Shown here: piece after piece, positions 37,823 to 47,934 of the stretch | How positions within the stretch are numbered: the stretch's first letter is position 1 | Layout of the letters: each line of letters begins with the position of its first letter | Virus record (IMG/VR): IMGVR_UViG_3300036760_000069 | Location: 23,118 to 87,117 of that record | Strand: one strand, 5' to 3' | DNA: 64,000 nt | Origin: a virus | The notes under the pieces: generated by a model | Databases searched by the model: none | Told to the model about the DNA's origin: nothing | What the model saw: only the letters and a program-made list of their open reading frames with translations | Made by a program: the position numbers and the translations under genes

Positions 37823-40800
37823 TCACGGGTGCGGCATCCCTCGCTTGGGGACTGGCCCCAGCCGACTAGAGGAGGGCCGCTCCCCTGTCAGATTTTCGCG
37901 GGTCGTTCCCAGCTTCTCTAAATATCGCTTGGTAAAGTCTTGATGTGAGTCCATGAACAACTTAAAAGCTTGCTGGCGATAGAGCGTGGACAGATCCTCG
38001 ATCAGTGTCTTTTTTCCGGTTCCGCCCGTGGCGCTATCCGTGCGGGCTGTATAGGTCGGCCCCATCTGATCGTCGAATAAGGCCTTCATGCCGTCATGGA
38101 GCGTCAGGCCCTTGATGGTTGCTTCCTTCCCGAAGATATGCACGAGATCGTGATACTCGTCCGAGGTCAACCGAATGCCATCAATCACGTGCGGCGGCAT
38201 CGACGGCGAGGCTTTCTGTTTCACCATTTCCTCGGCCACTGGATCAGTCTTGGCACGCTTGAGAAAGACCGGCGAGACGAGATCAACGGGCCAGCCTTCC
38301 GTCAGAATCGGGTCGCCGAAGAAGTCCAGTTTTGGCTTGAGGGTGGCGCTGACGCTGGGAATGCGCGACTCGACACTCTCCAGAGCCGTGTTGACTTCTC
38401 GCTGCTGCGTTTCAAAGAAGGCCTTATTGATACCTGAGACGATACCGGGAATCAGCACCGACGCATGTTCCTTCTCGCGCTTGGCGATGATCTGGCCGGT
38501 CTGATCCGGATTACGGGCCGCTTCCTCGATGGCGTCAATGTACTTCGCAATGCCCTGCACGTAGGTTTTGGATGTGATGATCCGCGCATTCGCCACGATC
38601 AGGACCGACGGGACGGACTCCCATGCAGATTGATCCGTCGCCTCTTGCATCAACATCACCGCGTCGGCCGCTTCGCCCAAACTCATGGCAATCGGATCGA
38701 GGCGGTTATAGCCCACCCACTGATCCCCGATCTTGACGGCATAGGGCTGGTGGGTCTGCAACCAGAGCTTGCGCGTGTCGGGATCGCTCGGCCCTTTGCC
38801 GGTGATATAACCTCCGGATGCCAATGTGGCGCCGATGCCGGCCAGCCCAGCCCCCATGACGATCTTAGCTTGGGCGAGTTGAGCGCGTGTCCCGCCAGCG
38901 GTCAGATCATCCCGGAGGCTTTTTGCGGCTAGGTTGAGAATGGGCGTCCGTTCCCAGTAGTAATGGGCGATGTTGACCGGCGTTTTCACGAACGGGGCCA
39001 CGCTGATTTTCAGCAGCGGATGCTCTTGCAGAAACGACTGAAGGCCCTGCCCGCCCCGGCTGAGTTCATCGGTAAACGTCTGCACGGCACCAAACTGCTG
39101 CGCGGAGAGCTGAGCCTTGACTGACGGGCGCATAGTGAGATCAGCAATAGAGGAATTGATGGTGGCGGCATCGGTCAAGCTTTTTGCCGCCGTTTCCCGC
39201 ACGGCCTGCGCCGCTATTTCCATGTTGTAGTTGATGCCGCGCATGAGGGCATCTTCGGTCTGGAGGGCCTTCGTCGGCACACGCAGCAGCATGCCAACAC
39301 CTTGGGCGACACTGCCCAACCATCCAGCCCGGAGCGATTCAGGCACGTTCTGTCTGGCAAAGGCCGGCATGATGCCGCGATCGAGCTTGCTCTGCTGCCC
39401 TTGGGTCACACGATCCAGTAACTCCATGACGCCTGCTTTACCGTCCGTGCGGTAGGAATCGGCCACGGCCCGCCAGGCATTCTGCATGGTGCTGACCCAG
39501 GCCCGCCCCATCGCCAGCGCCTCCGTGGCCCGCACGCCTTCTCCGGGCAGCAAGCCAGCGATCTGGCGTTCCATGATGGCCTGCAACGGCGTCAGAAAGA
39601 CCGAGCCGGTCAGGTTGACCGCATGGGTCGCCGGGTTCGAGAGATAGGAGAAATACACATACTCCTGCAGGAAGTCCGTCCAGTGCGGTTTGCTCAGGAC
39701 TTCCGCGACGACGTTCTTGTCCACGTTCAGCATGATGTCGGCCAAGGCTTCCATTTCGCCGTCTTTGCCGACCGCTACGCCCGCTTTCTCCAGATCCCGC
39801 ATCGCGGCGCGGTAGCGTTTCAACGGGTGCTGAATGGCGTCCTCGCGCATGATCCGAAGGGTTTGAGCCGCGTCCGTGCCCTTGCCGGCCGTGGCCTTGC
39901 CGATGGCCTGGTAGCGCGTCACGGCATCCAGGAATCCATCCTGCGACAACGTGCCCGCCTTGAACGCTGCGGCGGCCGTCTCGGCCTCCCGTTCTGACGC
40001 CTCTAGGAACAGCGCGTTCTTGTAGATTTCCTCCATCTTGACCTGCTGGCCGCGTAGCTCGGCGAGTAGATCGTCCGGCGTGGTCCGGCTCCAGGCGGCC
40101 ATGAGCTTGGCGTCCTCAATCGGAATCGGCTTGGTGCCGCGTTCGAGTTCTCCCATCGTTTTCGTGCCGAATTGGGCCTTTTTCGTCTCCCACAGTGTTT
40201 GCTTGGCCTGCTCGATGGCCTCCGGCGTGGTGAGCGCATTGAAATCGATCTTCACCTGCTTGGTGCCCATCGGCACGGCTTGCGGATCGGCGGGAGACTT
40301 AGCCGAGATCGGCGTGACGGTGACGGCTGGATAGCGTTTCTCAATGTCGGCGAGTTGCGCCTGAAGTGCAGATTTCTGTGCAGGATCATTCGTCGCCTCA
40401 AGTTGCTGCTGGAGCGTGGCCCGCTGTTCGTTGGCACCTTGGCGTTCCAGTTTACTGATTTCGCTTTGCAACACAGTCTTGGCTGCATCATCCGGCGCGG
40501 CGGCCATCTGCTCGCGTAGGCTCTTGAGTTCAAGGTCACGGCCTTGCGTGATAATGTCCTGAGAGACAGACCCTTCTCCGGTGATCCCTTTGGTGAAGGC
40601 AGAAGAAAACTGCTCGTTCAACGGACCCATATCTTTCTGCACGCTGGAGGTATAGGGTCGGGTCAGTGTTTCCGGTTGAACGTCACCGGAAATCCGATCC
40701 CACACCAGTTGCTCCTTGGGCGTAGATGGTGCTGTCCCTTCGGCAAACTTGTTTAAGGCGGCATCCACATCCTTGCGCGTCAATCGAATGGCTTCCGCAC

Positions 40801-41695
40801 CTTTCGGCAGTGGTCCCGTGAGGTCCTTATACCACTCCGGAGCTGTAGACTTGAATCCGGTCACATCGGGCGCTCCACCTTTGTCTGCTTCTGTAAAGAC
40901 TCGATAGCCGCCTCGCTCGGAATCATAGGTCTGAAGCTCAAACTTGGCCTGCTGTGCGGCAGTCTGATATTCGTTCAACTCAACAGTTTCAGTCTTGGTG
41001 GTTCGCTCTACATCTGTCGCGGGAGCCGTCTGCCGAGCAAGTGCATCGGCCTTCTGGCTTGTAAGTTGATCTGCTGTGTATACGGGCTTAATAGGTTCAG
41101 TAGACACGCCAGTTTCAGCCGGTTTCGCTGCGGCTTTTCCACCCTTCGCCCCTGCCAGCGCACGCGGCAACCCGCCAAGCAGTACATTGATCGGCGTGAC
41201 AAACTCAGCGGCGGTATGCGCCGCGGCGGCCCACGCCTGGCCGCCCGGCTGTTGCAACACCATATCGAGCGCGGTCAGGCCGTCGTGGATCTTCCCCTTC
41301 ACTCGATCCGCCGCCATCTTCTCGACCATCTGCTCGGCGGTCATCGGCTCGGTCGTGCCCGCCATCAGCCCTTTCATATAGGTCCCAATCGTGGCATCAG
41401 CCTCAAAGACCGGACGGGCGCCAGGGACCTTATCAATGGCCGCTGAGATTTTGCCCTGAATGCCGCGCACTGTGTCCGCGATTTTCTCCAGCATCGTAGG
41501 GGCCGGCGGCTGTGCGGCAGCAGCTTCCGCCGCGACCTTTTCAGGCGTCAACGCCTCAGTTGGAGCTGGCGCATTGGAGGAGGTGGCAGCCGGAGGCCCC
41601 GCCATCGAATTGAGCCGCCGCGCCATCGCGTCCTGATCCCGCGCATCGGCCACAACCAAGAATTGTGATTCGGCGTTATCGTGCGGGTCCAGCAT
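37823..41695 (-). CDS. large internal virion/ejection protein (block A)
   Basis: LSNPATHAVN, PFVKTPVNI, ITGKGP, YNRLDP motifs; position before the fibre. Confidence 0.75.
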   Translation of the reverse strand: MLDPHDNAESQFLVVADARDQDAMARRLNSMAGPPAATSSNAPAPTEALTPEKVAAEAAAAQPPAPTMLEKIADTVRGIQGKISAAIDKVPGARPVFEADATIGTYMKGLMAGTTEPMTAEQMVEKMAADRVKGKIHDGLTALDMVLQQPGGQAWAAAAHTAAEFVTPINVLLGGLPRALAGAKGGKAAAKPAETGVSTEPIKPVYTADQLTSQKADALARQTAPATDVERTTKTETVELNEYQTAAQQAKFELQTYDSERGGYRVFTEADKGGAPDVTGFKSTAPEWYKDLTGPLPKGAEAIRLTRKDVDAALNKFAEGTAPSTPKEQLVWDRISGDVQPETLTRPYTSSVQKDMGPLNEQFSSAFTKGITGEGSVSQDIITQGRDLELKSLREQMAAAPDDAAKTVLQSEISKLERQGANEQRATLQQQLEATNDPAQKSALQAQLADIEKRYPAVTVTPISAKSPADPQAVPMGTKQVKIDFNALTTPEAIEQAKQTLWETKKAQFGTKTMGELERGTKPIPIEDAKLMAAWSRTTPDDLLAELRGQQVKMEEIYKNALFLEASEREAETAAAAFKAGTLSQDGFLDAVTRYQAIGKATAGKGTDAAQTLRIMREDAIQHPLKRYRAAMRDLEKAGVAVGKDGEMEALADIMLNVDKNVVAEVLSKPHWTDFLQEYVYFSYLSNPATHAVNLTGSVFLTPLQAIMERQIAGLLPGEGVRATEALAMGRAWVSTMQNAWRAVADSYRTDGKAGVMELLDRVTQGQQSKLDRGIMPAFARQNVPESLRAGWLGSVAQGVGMLLRVPTKALQTEDALMRGINYNMEIAAQAVRETAAKSLTDAATINSSIADLTMRPSVKAQLSAQQFGAVQTFTDELSRGGQGLQSFLQEHPLLKISVAPFVKTPVNIAHYYWERTPILNLAAKSLRDDLTAGGTRAQLAQAKIVMGAGLAGIGATLASGGYITGKGPSDPDTRKLWLQTHQPYAVKIGDQWVGYNRLDPIAMSLGEAADAVMLMQEATDQSAWESVPSVLIVANARIITSKTYVQGIAKYIDAIEEAARNPDQTGQIIAKREKEHASVLIPGIVSGINKAFFETQQREVNTALESVESRIPSVSATLKPKLDFFGDPILTEGWPVDLVSPVFLKRAKTDPVAEEMVKQKASPSMPPHVIDGIRLTSDEYHDLVHIFGKEATIKGLTLHDGMKALFDDQMGPTYTARTDSATGGTGKKTLIEDLSTLYRQQAFKLFMDSHQDFTKRYLEKLGTTRENLTGERPSSSRLGPVPKRGMPHP

Positions 41696-43547
41696 TCACG
41701 GGCTCCTGTGTTTGGGGCATGACATCGAGAATATCCAAGAAGCGTCCAACTTGTTCCCGCGTGGTCGGGTCTGACAAGTTTAACTGCCCGCTCTGCACCA
41801 TGCGCTGCACAGACTGGGCGGCCTGTTTCGGCGAGAGCTTGGTTTTCGCGTTCGGATTCGTCACCGACTCCAGCCACGGCTTGAGCGCGGATGAGGTCGG
41901 CTGCGGAAGGTCCTTCCAGCCATGTTGCTCGGGGAAGGCGGCATCGATCATCTTCACCGCCTTTTCAGCCGCAGGCCCTAGCGGCTCTTTGCGTGCCGCC
42001 GCCGCGTCCATGAGGTCCGTCCACATCTTTTGCACGTTGCCTACGCGAGGCGGGGGATTGTCCAAGAACAGGGAGTTCGAGATTTTGTGCTTGCGGTCGA
42101 TGATCTTGTACTGCGCTTCGACTTCCGGCTGGCGGGACCAGTGATCGGCCCGAGCCTTGCCCAACAGCTTCTCGTTGAGGTCAAGGTTCGCTTGCTGCTG
42201 ATCCCAATTCAGGCGCGGATCGGTAAGTTGGGTCGGCTTGTAGGGCACGCCCATATACAGCCCGCGCTGGATGCGGTTGAACACATCCACATCACCGACG
42301 CCGCCAGCCTTCTTTTGCGCCTCCAATCCGTTTAGGAGTGCCCGGTACTCGTCCCGATGCTCGGTAAAGGTGCCCTGACGGACTAACCCCTCCAAGGTTT
42401 CCGTGTTGAGTTCACCATTTTTCAAGGCGGTGTAGGCGTCGTTGATCTGTTCACCTTCGCGCTGCATGACCGCCTTCTCCTGTTCCTTGTCCTTCCGTTC
42501 ATGGTCGAGCCTGATGCGGTCCTGTGTCGAGTGAATCGTCCCCAGTACCTTGCCGTAGGCTTCCGGCGAGAGGTCCTGGTTCGCCAAATCATCCTCAGAG
42601 AGCCGATTCGCCACAGCCAGCTTCATTAGACTGACTTCCTTCTGCTTCCCGCGCTGCTCTTGGAGCTTCAAATATCCGCCAGAACTGATCCGCCCGGTCG
42701 CCATCGCCACATCGAGATCAGCATCGATCACATCTCTTTTCATCGCAATACGTGCAGTCAGTCCTTGTTCGTTCGCTTTCTGATGTTCCTCGATTGCGGT
42801 CTGGCGTTCCGTCAAGGTCAGTCCGGCCAGTTCTGGACTGTCCACGGTGAGGCCGGACAGCCGTGCGAGCACGCCCGTGGGATTACGCTGGACCTCTTTG
42901 TCGCCCAAGCCCTGCACCATGTGGACCGTGGATTCCGCCATCCCATCATGCACCGCCTGATCGCTCATGGCGTTTCCGCGCAGGCCCGTATAGGCACTGT
43001 TCATACGTTCAATGCCAGCTGCTTGCACGTTCGGATTGTCCGCATTCACGATGTCCTGGACCGCTTGGTCTGCTGACATCTTGGCGGTCGCCCTTGCGTT
43101 CTCGCTGATGGCCTTGGTCGCCCGCAGTTCCAGATGGGGCGTGCGGACGGCATCATGTTGAGCGAGCGACGCAGCGATATTAGCCCCCAGAAGTTCATCG
43201 TCGCCGCCGTATTGACTGATGACCCTCTGCCGTTCCTTTGCCCATCCAGCGTAGGTGTCTTTTTTGGCGAGATCAGGCCGAAGCTGATTGCCATGAAATA
43301 TCTGCTCAGTCATCTCACTCGTGGACTGGATATAATCAGCCGTTGCTTGAGCCGTGACGGTATGGGCAAGGGCTTGTTGGGTCAAATAGTCGCGGTGCGC
43401 CTGAATCTTGACGACATCCACTCCGACCCGTGATGCCGTCTCCCCGATCTGTGATCCGAACGCCTCCGCCGTGGGCGCCGCCGTCAGCCGCGCACTCGGA
43501 ATCGGCCTGAGCTCTTCCCGTGCTTGTTCTGCTGGAACTCTTGGCAC
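41676..43547 (-). CDS. internal virion/ejection protein (block A)
   Basis: MPRVP start, helical; position like T7 gp15. Confidence 0.7.
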   Translation of the reverse strand: MPRVPAEQAREELRPIPSARLTAAPTAEAFGSQIGETASRVGVDVVKIQAHRDYLTQQALAHTVTAQATADYIQSTSEMTEQIFHGNQLRPDLAKKDTYAGWAKERQRVISQYGGDDELLGANIAASLAQHDAVRTPHLELRATKAISENARATAKMSADQAVQDIVNADNPNVQAAGIERMNSAYTGLRGNAMSDQAVHDGMAESTVHMVQGLGDKEVQRNPTGVLARLSGLTVDSPELAGLTLTERQTAIEEHQKANEQGLTARIAMKRDVIDADLDVAMATGRISSGGYLKLQEQRGKQKEVSLMKLAVANRLSEDDLANQDLSPEAYGKVLGTIHSTQDRIRLDHERKDKEQEKAVMQREGEQINDAYTALKNGELNTETLEGLVRQGTFTEHRDEYRALLNGLEAQKKAGGVGDVDVFNRIQRGLYMGVPYKPTQLTDPRLNWDQQQANLDLNEKLLGKARADHWSRQPEVEAQYKIIDRKHKISNSLFLDNPPPRVGNVQKMWTDLMDAAAARKEPLGPAAEKAVKMIDAAFPEQHGWKDLPQPTSSALKPWLESVTNPNAKTKLSPKQAAQSVQRMVQSGQLNLSDPTTREQVGRFLDILDVMPQTQEPVNAGPAR

Positions 43548-43551
43548 CGGC

Positions 43552-44082
43552 TTATCCCTTCATCCCGTACTTCGCCAGCAGCAGCGACGAGCCCGCCGTC
43601 AGGAGCGTGTTGGACGCTTGGTTGGTCCCCGTCATTTCCGCGTAGCGCCCACGGTTCCGATAGTCCTGCGCCTGCACCTTGAACCCCCACGCCTCCCGCG
43701 CCGCGTTGTTTTTGATCGTCATGGCGTCCAGTTCGCCGAGATAGGCCGCGTCCGCCTGCACGTCCACGGCCGAGCTGCCGGGGTCGTTGATGTCCACGTT
43801 CTGTGCGGCGAGTCCCGCCCGCTGGGATCCGATGACTTGCTTCGTGATCCGCCCACGTCGCTTCGCCGCGACCACCCCGCGCTCGATCGCGTCCGTCGCC
43901 TGGTACTCCGCCGCCTGCGCGTTGTAGTCGTACATCTCGCGCTGGGCCCCGCCAGCCTTCGACTGTGCAAAGGCGCTGCTCCCCGCGCCCAGCAGCGTGG
44001 CGAACGGCCCCAGCCAGGACAAGTCGAACCCGCCACCAGCCGCCGCTGATCCACCCTGTGTATCCGGCCAGTTTGCGGCCAT
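43552..44082 (-). CDS. internal virion protein, gp14-like (block A)
   Basis: QRAGLAAQNVD..GS..DV...ELDAMTIKNNAAREAWG. Confidence 0.8.
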   Translation of the reverse strand: MAANWPDTQGGSAAAGGGFDLSWLGPFATLLGAGSSAFAQSKAGGAQREMYDYNAQAAEYQATDAIERGVVAAKRRGRITKQVIGSQRAGLAAQNVDINDPGSSAVDVQADAAYLGELDAMTIKNNAAREAWGFKVQAQDYRNRGRYAEMTGTNQASNTLLTAGSSLLLAKYGMKG

Positions 44083-44085
44083 GCG

Positions 44086-46983
44086 TTACCCTCCTGCCAC
44101 GAGATGCGGCACAATACTGAGGATCGTGATGGGTAAAGGATTGGTCTGCCGCACGAACACCCGCCCCCCCGTATTCCATGCGGCCTTCGTGATGATCTCC
44201 GGCTTGCCGGTGAGCAGCAGCATGAGCGGATTGAACACGCTCGTCGTGCGCTGCTTGTACTCCGTCAGATGATCCACTTCCTGCCCAGCCCAGATGCCCC
44301 GCGAGGCCTCCACATTGAGTGTCACCGACGTAATCAGCTTCTTCTTGTCGAGCAGCGTTTCCGTGCCGATGAGTTCCATGTCCAGCGTTTCAAAATCCGC
44401 CGTGATCGGGAGCCCCGCATGCACCACCACCGCCGGGCTGCTGATCGAAAACGCGCCCGCCGTTACCGTGGTCAACGGCGCATCCACCCCGTTCGTGACC
44501 ACCCCCCCGTCCGCCAGAATCCCAATGGACTTCGCTTCCAGGTGGTCGACCCCCGAAAATTCGTCCACCGCCTTCCCCCACGTCGTTTTCGCGACCGCCC
44601 GCAGGCCCGCCGGCACCGTCTTATCCGAGCGCCCTGTCACGACCGTTACGGACGAATAGGCGGTAATCGTCAAGCGGATTGAGTCTGTCACTTCCCCATA
44701 CGTCTCGCTGTCCACGTCCGCATCTACGATGTCCAGCACAATCACGTTGTCCACGTCGCCCGCCACGAAGTAGCCCACGCTCGCCGTCAGGGTCAGCGTT
44801 TCGTCATACGTCCAGTTCGTCCCGCCCGAGAGCATCATCGTGGTCGCGCCGGTGTTCCGACCGTCGTAGGTGAGGAACGAGTCCAGGAACAGCGCGTCCG
44901 TCACGACATTGGTGATGGCGCGGCTCGCCGACCGCTCCAGGGATCGCCTGACCACCCCGTTGATGGTGCGGTTGACCAACCAGTAGAGCGCATCCTCTCC
45001 GCCCTCCGGCACAACGCAGATATCCTCGTAGTCCCCGTCCGTGTCGTGGCGATGCCAGCCCCAGACATCGTGATCGGGCAGGTAGGTGAGCCCGATCACG
45101 CCCCCGTCGGCCCGTGTCACCCAGACGATGGAGTTGGGAATCTGGGCGTAGTCCATGTGCTCAATCGTGAGCCCGTCGAACAGGTGCGGCGCAAAGATGC
45201 TCAGTTCCTTGCTCTTGGTGCCTTCCACCAAGTCCTTGCGGAAGTCGCGGATGATCGAGCCGCGGGCCTGCACATAGAGCAGGGAGCTGCCAATAATGAC
45301 GGGGGCCACTTCGGCTGACCCGTAGTACGTCTTTTGCTTGGGGTTCGGCGATTGCGGCACCAGGACCCCGTTCGCGTCCCCCTGCACGATCCACTCCCCC
45401 CCGGAGGTCAGCAGCACGAAGTCATCCACCTCCACCATGTGGCGCACTTCATTGACCTTGCGCCCCACCGCCGAGAACGTCACTGCGTCGTCGTCCTGGA
45501 GTGGCGAGCGAATGGTAAAGTTCTTGAACGCCCCCGAGCGCGAGCCCCACACCTTTTCCGGCTCGTTCAACGTGCTGGCATACAGCTTGCGCTGCTGGAA
45601 ATAGCCTGAGGTGGCCGGATACGCCCCGCTGATGCTCAGGCGCCCCTGCACGGCCTGTGTGGGGGCCGTCGTGGCCCGCAGGCGCACGTTGTAGGCGGTG
45701 GCCGGCACGTTCGTCCCCGACCCGGCAATCGCCCAGGCCCCCGCCGGTCGGTACTTGCCGATGGTGTTCCCCGTTGCCAGAAAGGACGGGGCGGTGGAGA
45801 TGGTCCCCGCCGTCCACGCCGCGCCGTCCCAGAATTCCACCACATAGACCGGCGAACCCGTCTGAATCTGGGACACGGCAAAGTTGATCGGCACCGGCAA
45901 GGTCGGCTTGACCGTGAAGCTGGCAATGCAGCCGTCGTTGGCCGTGGTCGAGAACAGCGTGAAGTTGTCGCTGGCCGAGAGGGTTTCCGTCGTCGTCCCG
46001 TTGTTCCACGACCCCTGGCTGATCAGATCCCCGAACGGCGCCCGTGGAATGGGCGGCGTGTTGAGAAAGTCCGGCTGGACGGCGTTGTTGTCGTTGAAGG
46101 TGGTCTCACTGGCCGTGCCGACGTACCCATAGATGCCGTCTCCTGCCGTCGTCGTCGGGATGGCCTTCTGCCGGTAGACGTTGTATTCCTGGGCCCCCGG
46201 CACCGCCGTCCACGTCACCACGTTGGGCGCGGCGGATGTCGGATCGGCCTTGTCCGTGATCGTCGCCGCCGCCGAGGGCTCGCTCTCCTCGAACGTTTCC
46301 TCTTTGATCGCCGTCACCTTGTAGAGAAAGTCCTTACCGACCCCGGTGCCGCCAGCGACGGACGGGCTGGCCGGCGCCGCCATGCTCGGGGCCGTCGTCA
46401 CGACCGTCAACGTCCAGGCCGTGTGCCCGGTCCGCGCCAGATCACGCGGGGCATAGTTGCGATGCGTGATCGTCACAATGTCGCCAGACTGCGAGATTTG
46501 CAGCGTCTGGAGATCGGCCTCGACGTAGGGTGTGGGGATTTCGTAGATCGAGCCGGTGAGCGGATACCAGTAGGTCGTGTTCGGCGGCGCGTTGCCCGTT
46601 GTCGCCGCCACGCAGTAGTAGTTCACGCCGCCCGACGAGGCCAGGTCGCCGATCACGTAGGCCGTACCCGCGCCGTAGGCCGCGATGCCGGACACCAGCA
46701 CCAGCGCCCCGTCCCGCACGACCCGCATGGACAGGTCCTCAAACCACAGCACGTAGGTCTGCTCGTCGTTAAAGACAAACTTCAGCAGGCGGCCCCGCTT
46801 CGAGGAGTCCTTTTGCACGTCGATGTACTTGGTGCCGGGACGGTTCGACACGCCGCCATGCCGGCGCACAATGAAGTTCCGGCAGGTCCGCAGCCCAGTC
46901 TGGTACTTGACGAGATCAGCCCGTCCAAATAATGCGGGGGCGACTTCCCCGCCGGCAAAACTTCGCTGGATTAAACTGGGCAC
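44086..46983 (-). CDS. tail tubular protein B / nozzle (block A)
   Basis: QRSFAGGEVAP.L.GR.D, GGVSNRPGT, YP...YFQQR, WGWHRHDTDG. Confidence 0.9.
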   Translation of the reverse strand: MPSLIQRSFAGGEVAPALFGRADLVKYQTGLRTCRNFIVRRHGGVSNRPGTKYIDVQKDSSKRGRLLKFVFNDEQTYVLWFEDLSMRVVRDGALVLVSGIAAYGAGTAYVIGDLASSGGVNYYCVAATTGNAPPNTTYWYPLTGSIYEIPTPYVEADLQTLQISQSGDIVTITHRNYAPRDLARTGHTAWTLTVVTTAPSMAAPASPSVAGGTGVGKDFLYKVTAIKEETFEESEPSAAATITDKADPTSAAPNVVTWTAVPGAQEYNVYRQKAIPTTTAGDGIYGYVGTASETTFNDNNAVQPDFLNTPPIPRAPFGDLISQGSWNNGTTTETLSASDNFTLFSTTANDGCIASFTVKPTLPVPINFAVSQIQTGSPVYVVEFWDGAAWTAGTISTAPSFLATGNTIGKYRPAGAWAIAGSGTNVPATAYNVRLRATTAPTQAVQGRLSISGAYPATSGYFQQRKLYASTLNEPEKVWGSRSGAFKNFTIRSPLQDDDAVTFSAVGRKVNEVRHMVEVDDFVLLTSGGEWIVQGDANGVLVPQSPNPKQKTYYGSAEVAPVIIGSSLLYVQARGSIIRDFRKDLVEGTKSKELSIFAPHLFDGLTIEHMDYAQIPNSIVWVTRADGGVIGLTYLPDHDVWGWHRHDTDGDYEDICVVPEGGEDALYWLVNRTINGVVRRSLERSASRAITNVVTDALFLDSFLTYDGRNTGATTMMLSGGTNWTYDETLTLTASVGYFVAGDVDNVIVLDIVDADVDSETYGEVTDSIRLTITAYSSVTVVTGRSDKTVPAGLRAVAKTTWGKAVDEFSGVDHLEAKSIGILADGGVVTNGVDAPLTTVTAGAFSISSPAVVVHAGLPITADFETLDMELIGTETLLDKKKLITSVTLNVEASRGIWAGQEVDHLTEYKQRTTSVFNPLMLLLTGKPEIITKAAWNTGGRVFVRQTNPLPITILSIVPHLVAGG

Positions 46984-46989
46984 GGGCGG

Positions 46990-47598
46990 TTATTCTCTCG
47001 CCCTGATGAAAGCACTTTCCGGCTCCTCCGACTGTTGCTGTTCGTTCCCGGCCTGCACCTTCGCCTTGCCGAGTATCGCCACGTAAATCCCCATGGCCGT
47101 CTGATCCATCTTGGGGATGCGTGAGAGCGACGGCGCAATGTACGCCGCCAGCCGCCACGACACGGCATCCACGAACAAGGGCGAGAACAGGTTGACATCC
47201 GTGACGCGCTGCGTGTACTCGATGATCGTGTCCTGCACGTCCGTCCAAATCAGCCGGCCCTGATCGTCCAGCCCGGGCCGCCACGGCGGCGGGTTCGGGT
47301 CGTTCCGCCCCAGCACCGTCACAATGCGGCGCACATGAATGCAGTCCGTCGGGTAGCGATACCCGTAGAGCCAGTCGTAGGGCGTTGTCACGTCGGAGTT
47401 GTCCGTCACCAGCGCGAGCGTGCCGTACTTCGTCGCCAGCGGCCACGGGAAGTCCTCCAGCGTCGTTTCCACCGCCTGATCGAAGTACAGGTTGCACTGC
47501 TGCGCCTCGGTCGAGAGTTCGGTGAGCAGGCTGATGAGCTGCGAGCTGCCGGTATGCCCGATCGCCATGTTGGCGATTTGGACCTTTGTTATCGCCAT
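46990..47598 (-). CDS. tail tubular protein A / head-tail adaptor (block A)
   Basis: VQIANMAI, WPLATK, YRYPTDC, F..AVSWRLAA. Confidence 0.88.
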   Translation of the reverse strand: MAITKVQIANMAIGHTGSSQLISLLTELSTEAQQCNLYFDQAVETTLEDFPWPLATKYGTLALVTDNSDVTTPYDWLYGYRYPTDCIHVRRIVTVLGRNDPNPPPWRPGLDDQGRLIWTDVQDTIIEYTQRVTDVNLFSPLFVDAVSWRLAAYIAPSLSRIPKMDQTAMGIYVAILGKAKVQAGNEQQQSEEPESAFIRARE

Positions 47599-47601
47599 GG
47601 G

Positions 47602-47928
47602 TTACCTCCGTCCGCGCCGCCGATGGCGCGTCAACCAGTCGCTGATGCCGCCGACACTCGCCGGCTTCCCCGCAAAGCTGCCGTACCGCCTGCCCGTCGC
47701 CATCTGCGGATGGAGTTGGGTGAGCAGCCCAACCGGATGAATCCCTCCTCCGCCGCCTGCTGCAGGCTTGCCTGCAAACGACCCGTACCGACCGCCCGTT
47801 GCGTGCTGCGGATGGAGTTGGGTGAGTCTTCCGACAGGATGCGTCCCACCAGATGATGCAGGCTTGCCCGCAAAGCTGCCGTACCGCCTGCCCGTCGCGG
47901 TCTGCGGATGTAGTTGGGTGGTTGCCAT
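47602..47928 (-). CDS. 108-aa protein with three TQLHPQxATGxRYGSFAGKPA repeats
   Basis: Repeats visible in DNA and protein, with synonymous variation. Confidence 0.8.
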   Translation of the reverse strand: MATTQLHPQTATGRRYGSFAGKPASSGGTHPVGRLTQLHPQHATGGRYGSFAGKPAAGGGGGIHPVGLLTQLHPQMATGRRYGSFAGKPASVGGISDWLTRHRRRGRR

Positions 47929-47934
47929 GGCAGC

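Noticed and set aside
47602-47928. CRISPR-like array
   Set aside because: Repeats are about 63 bp, in frame, vary at synonymous positions, and the linkers resemble each other; no cas genes
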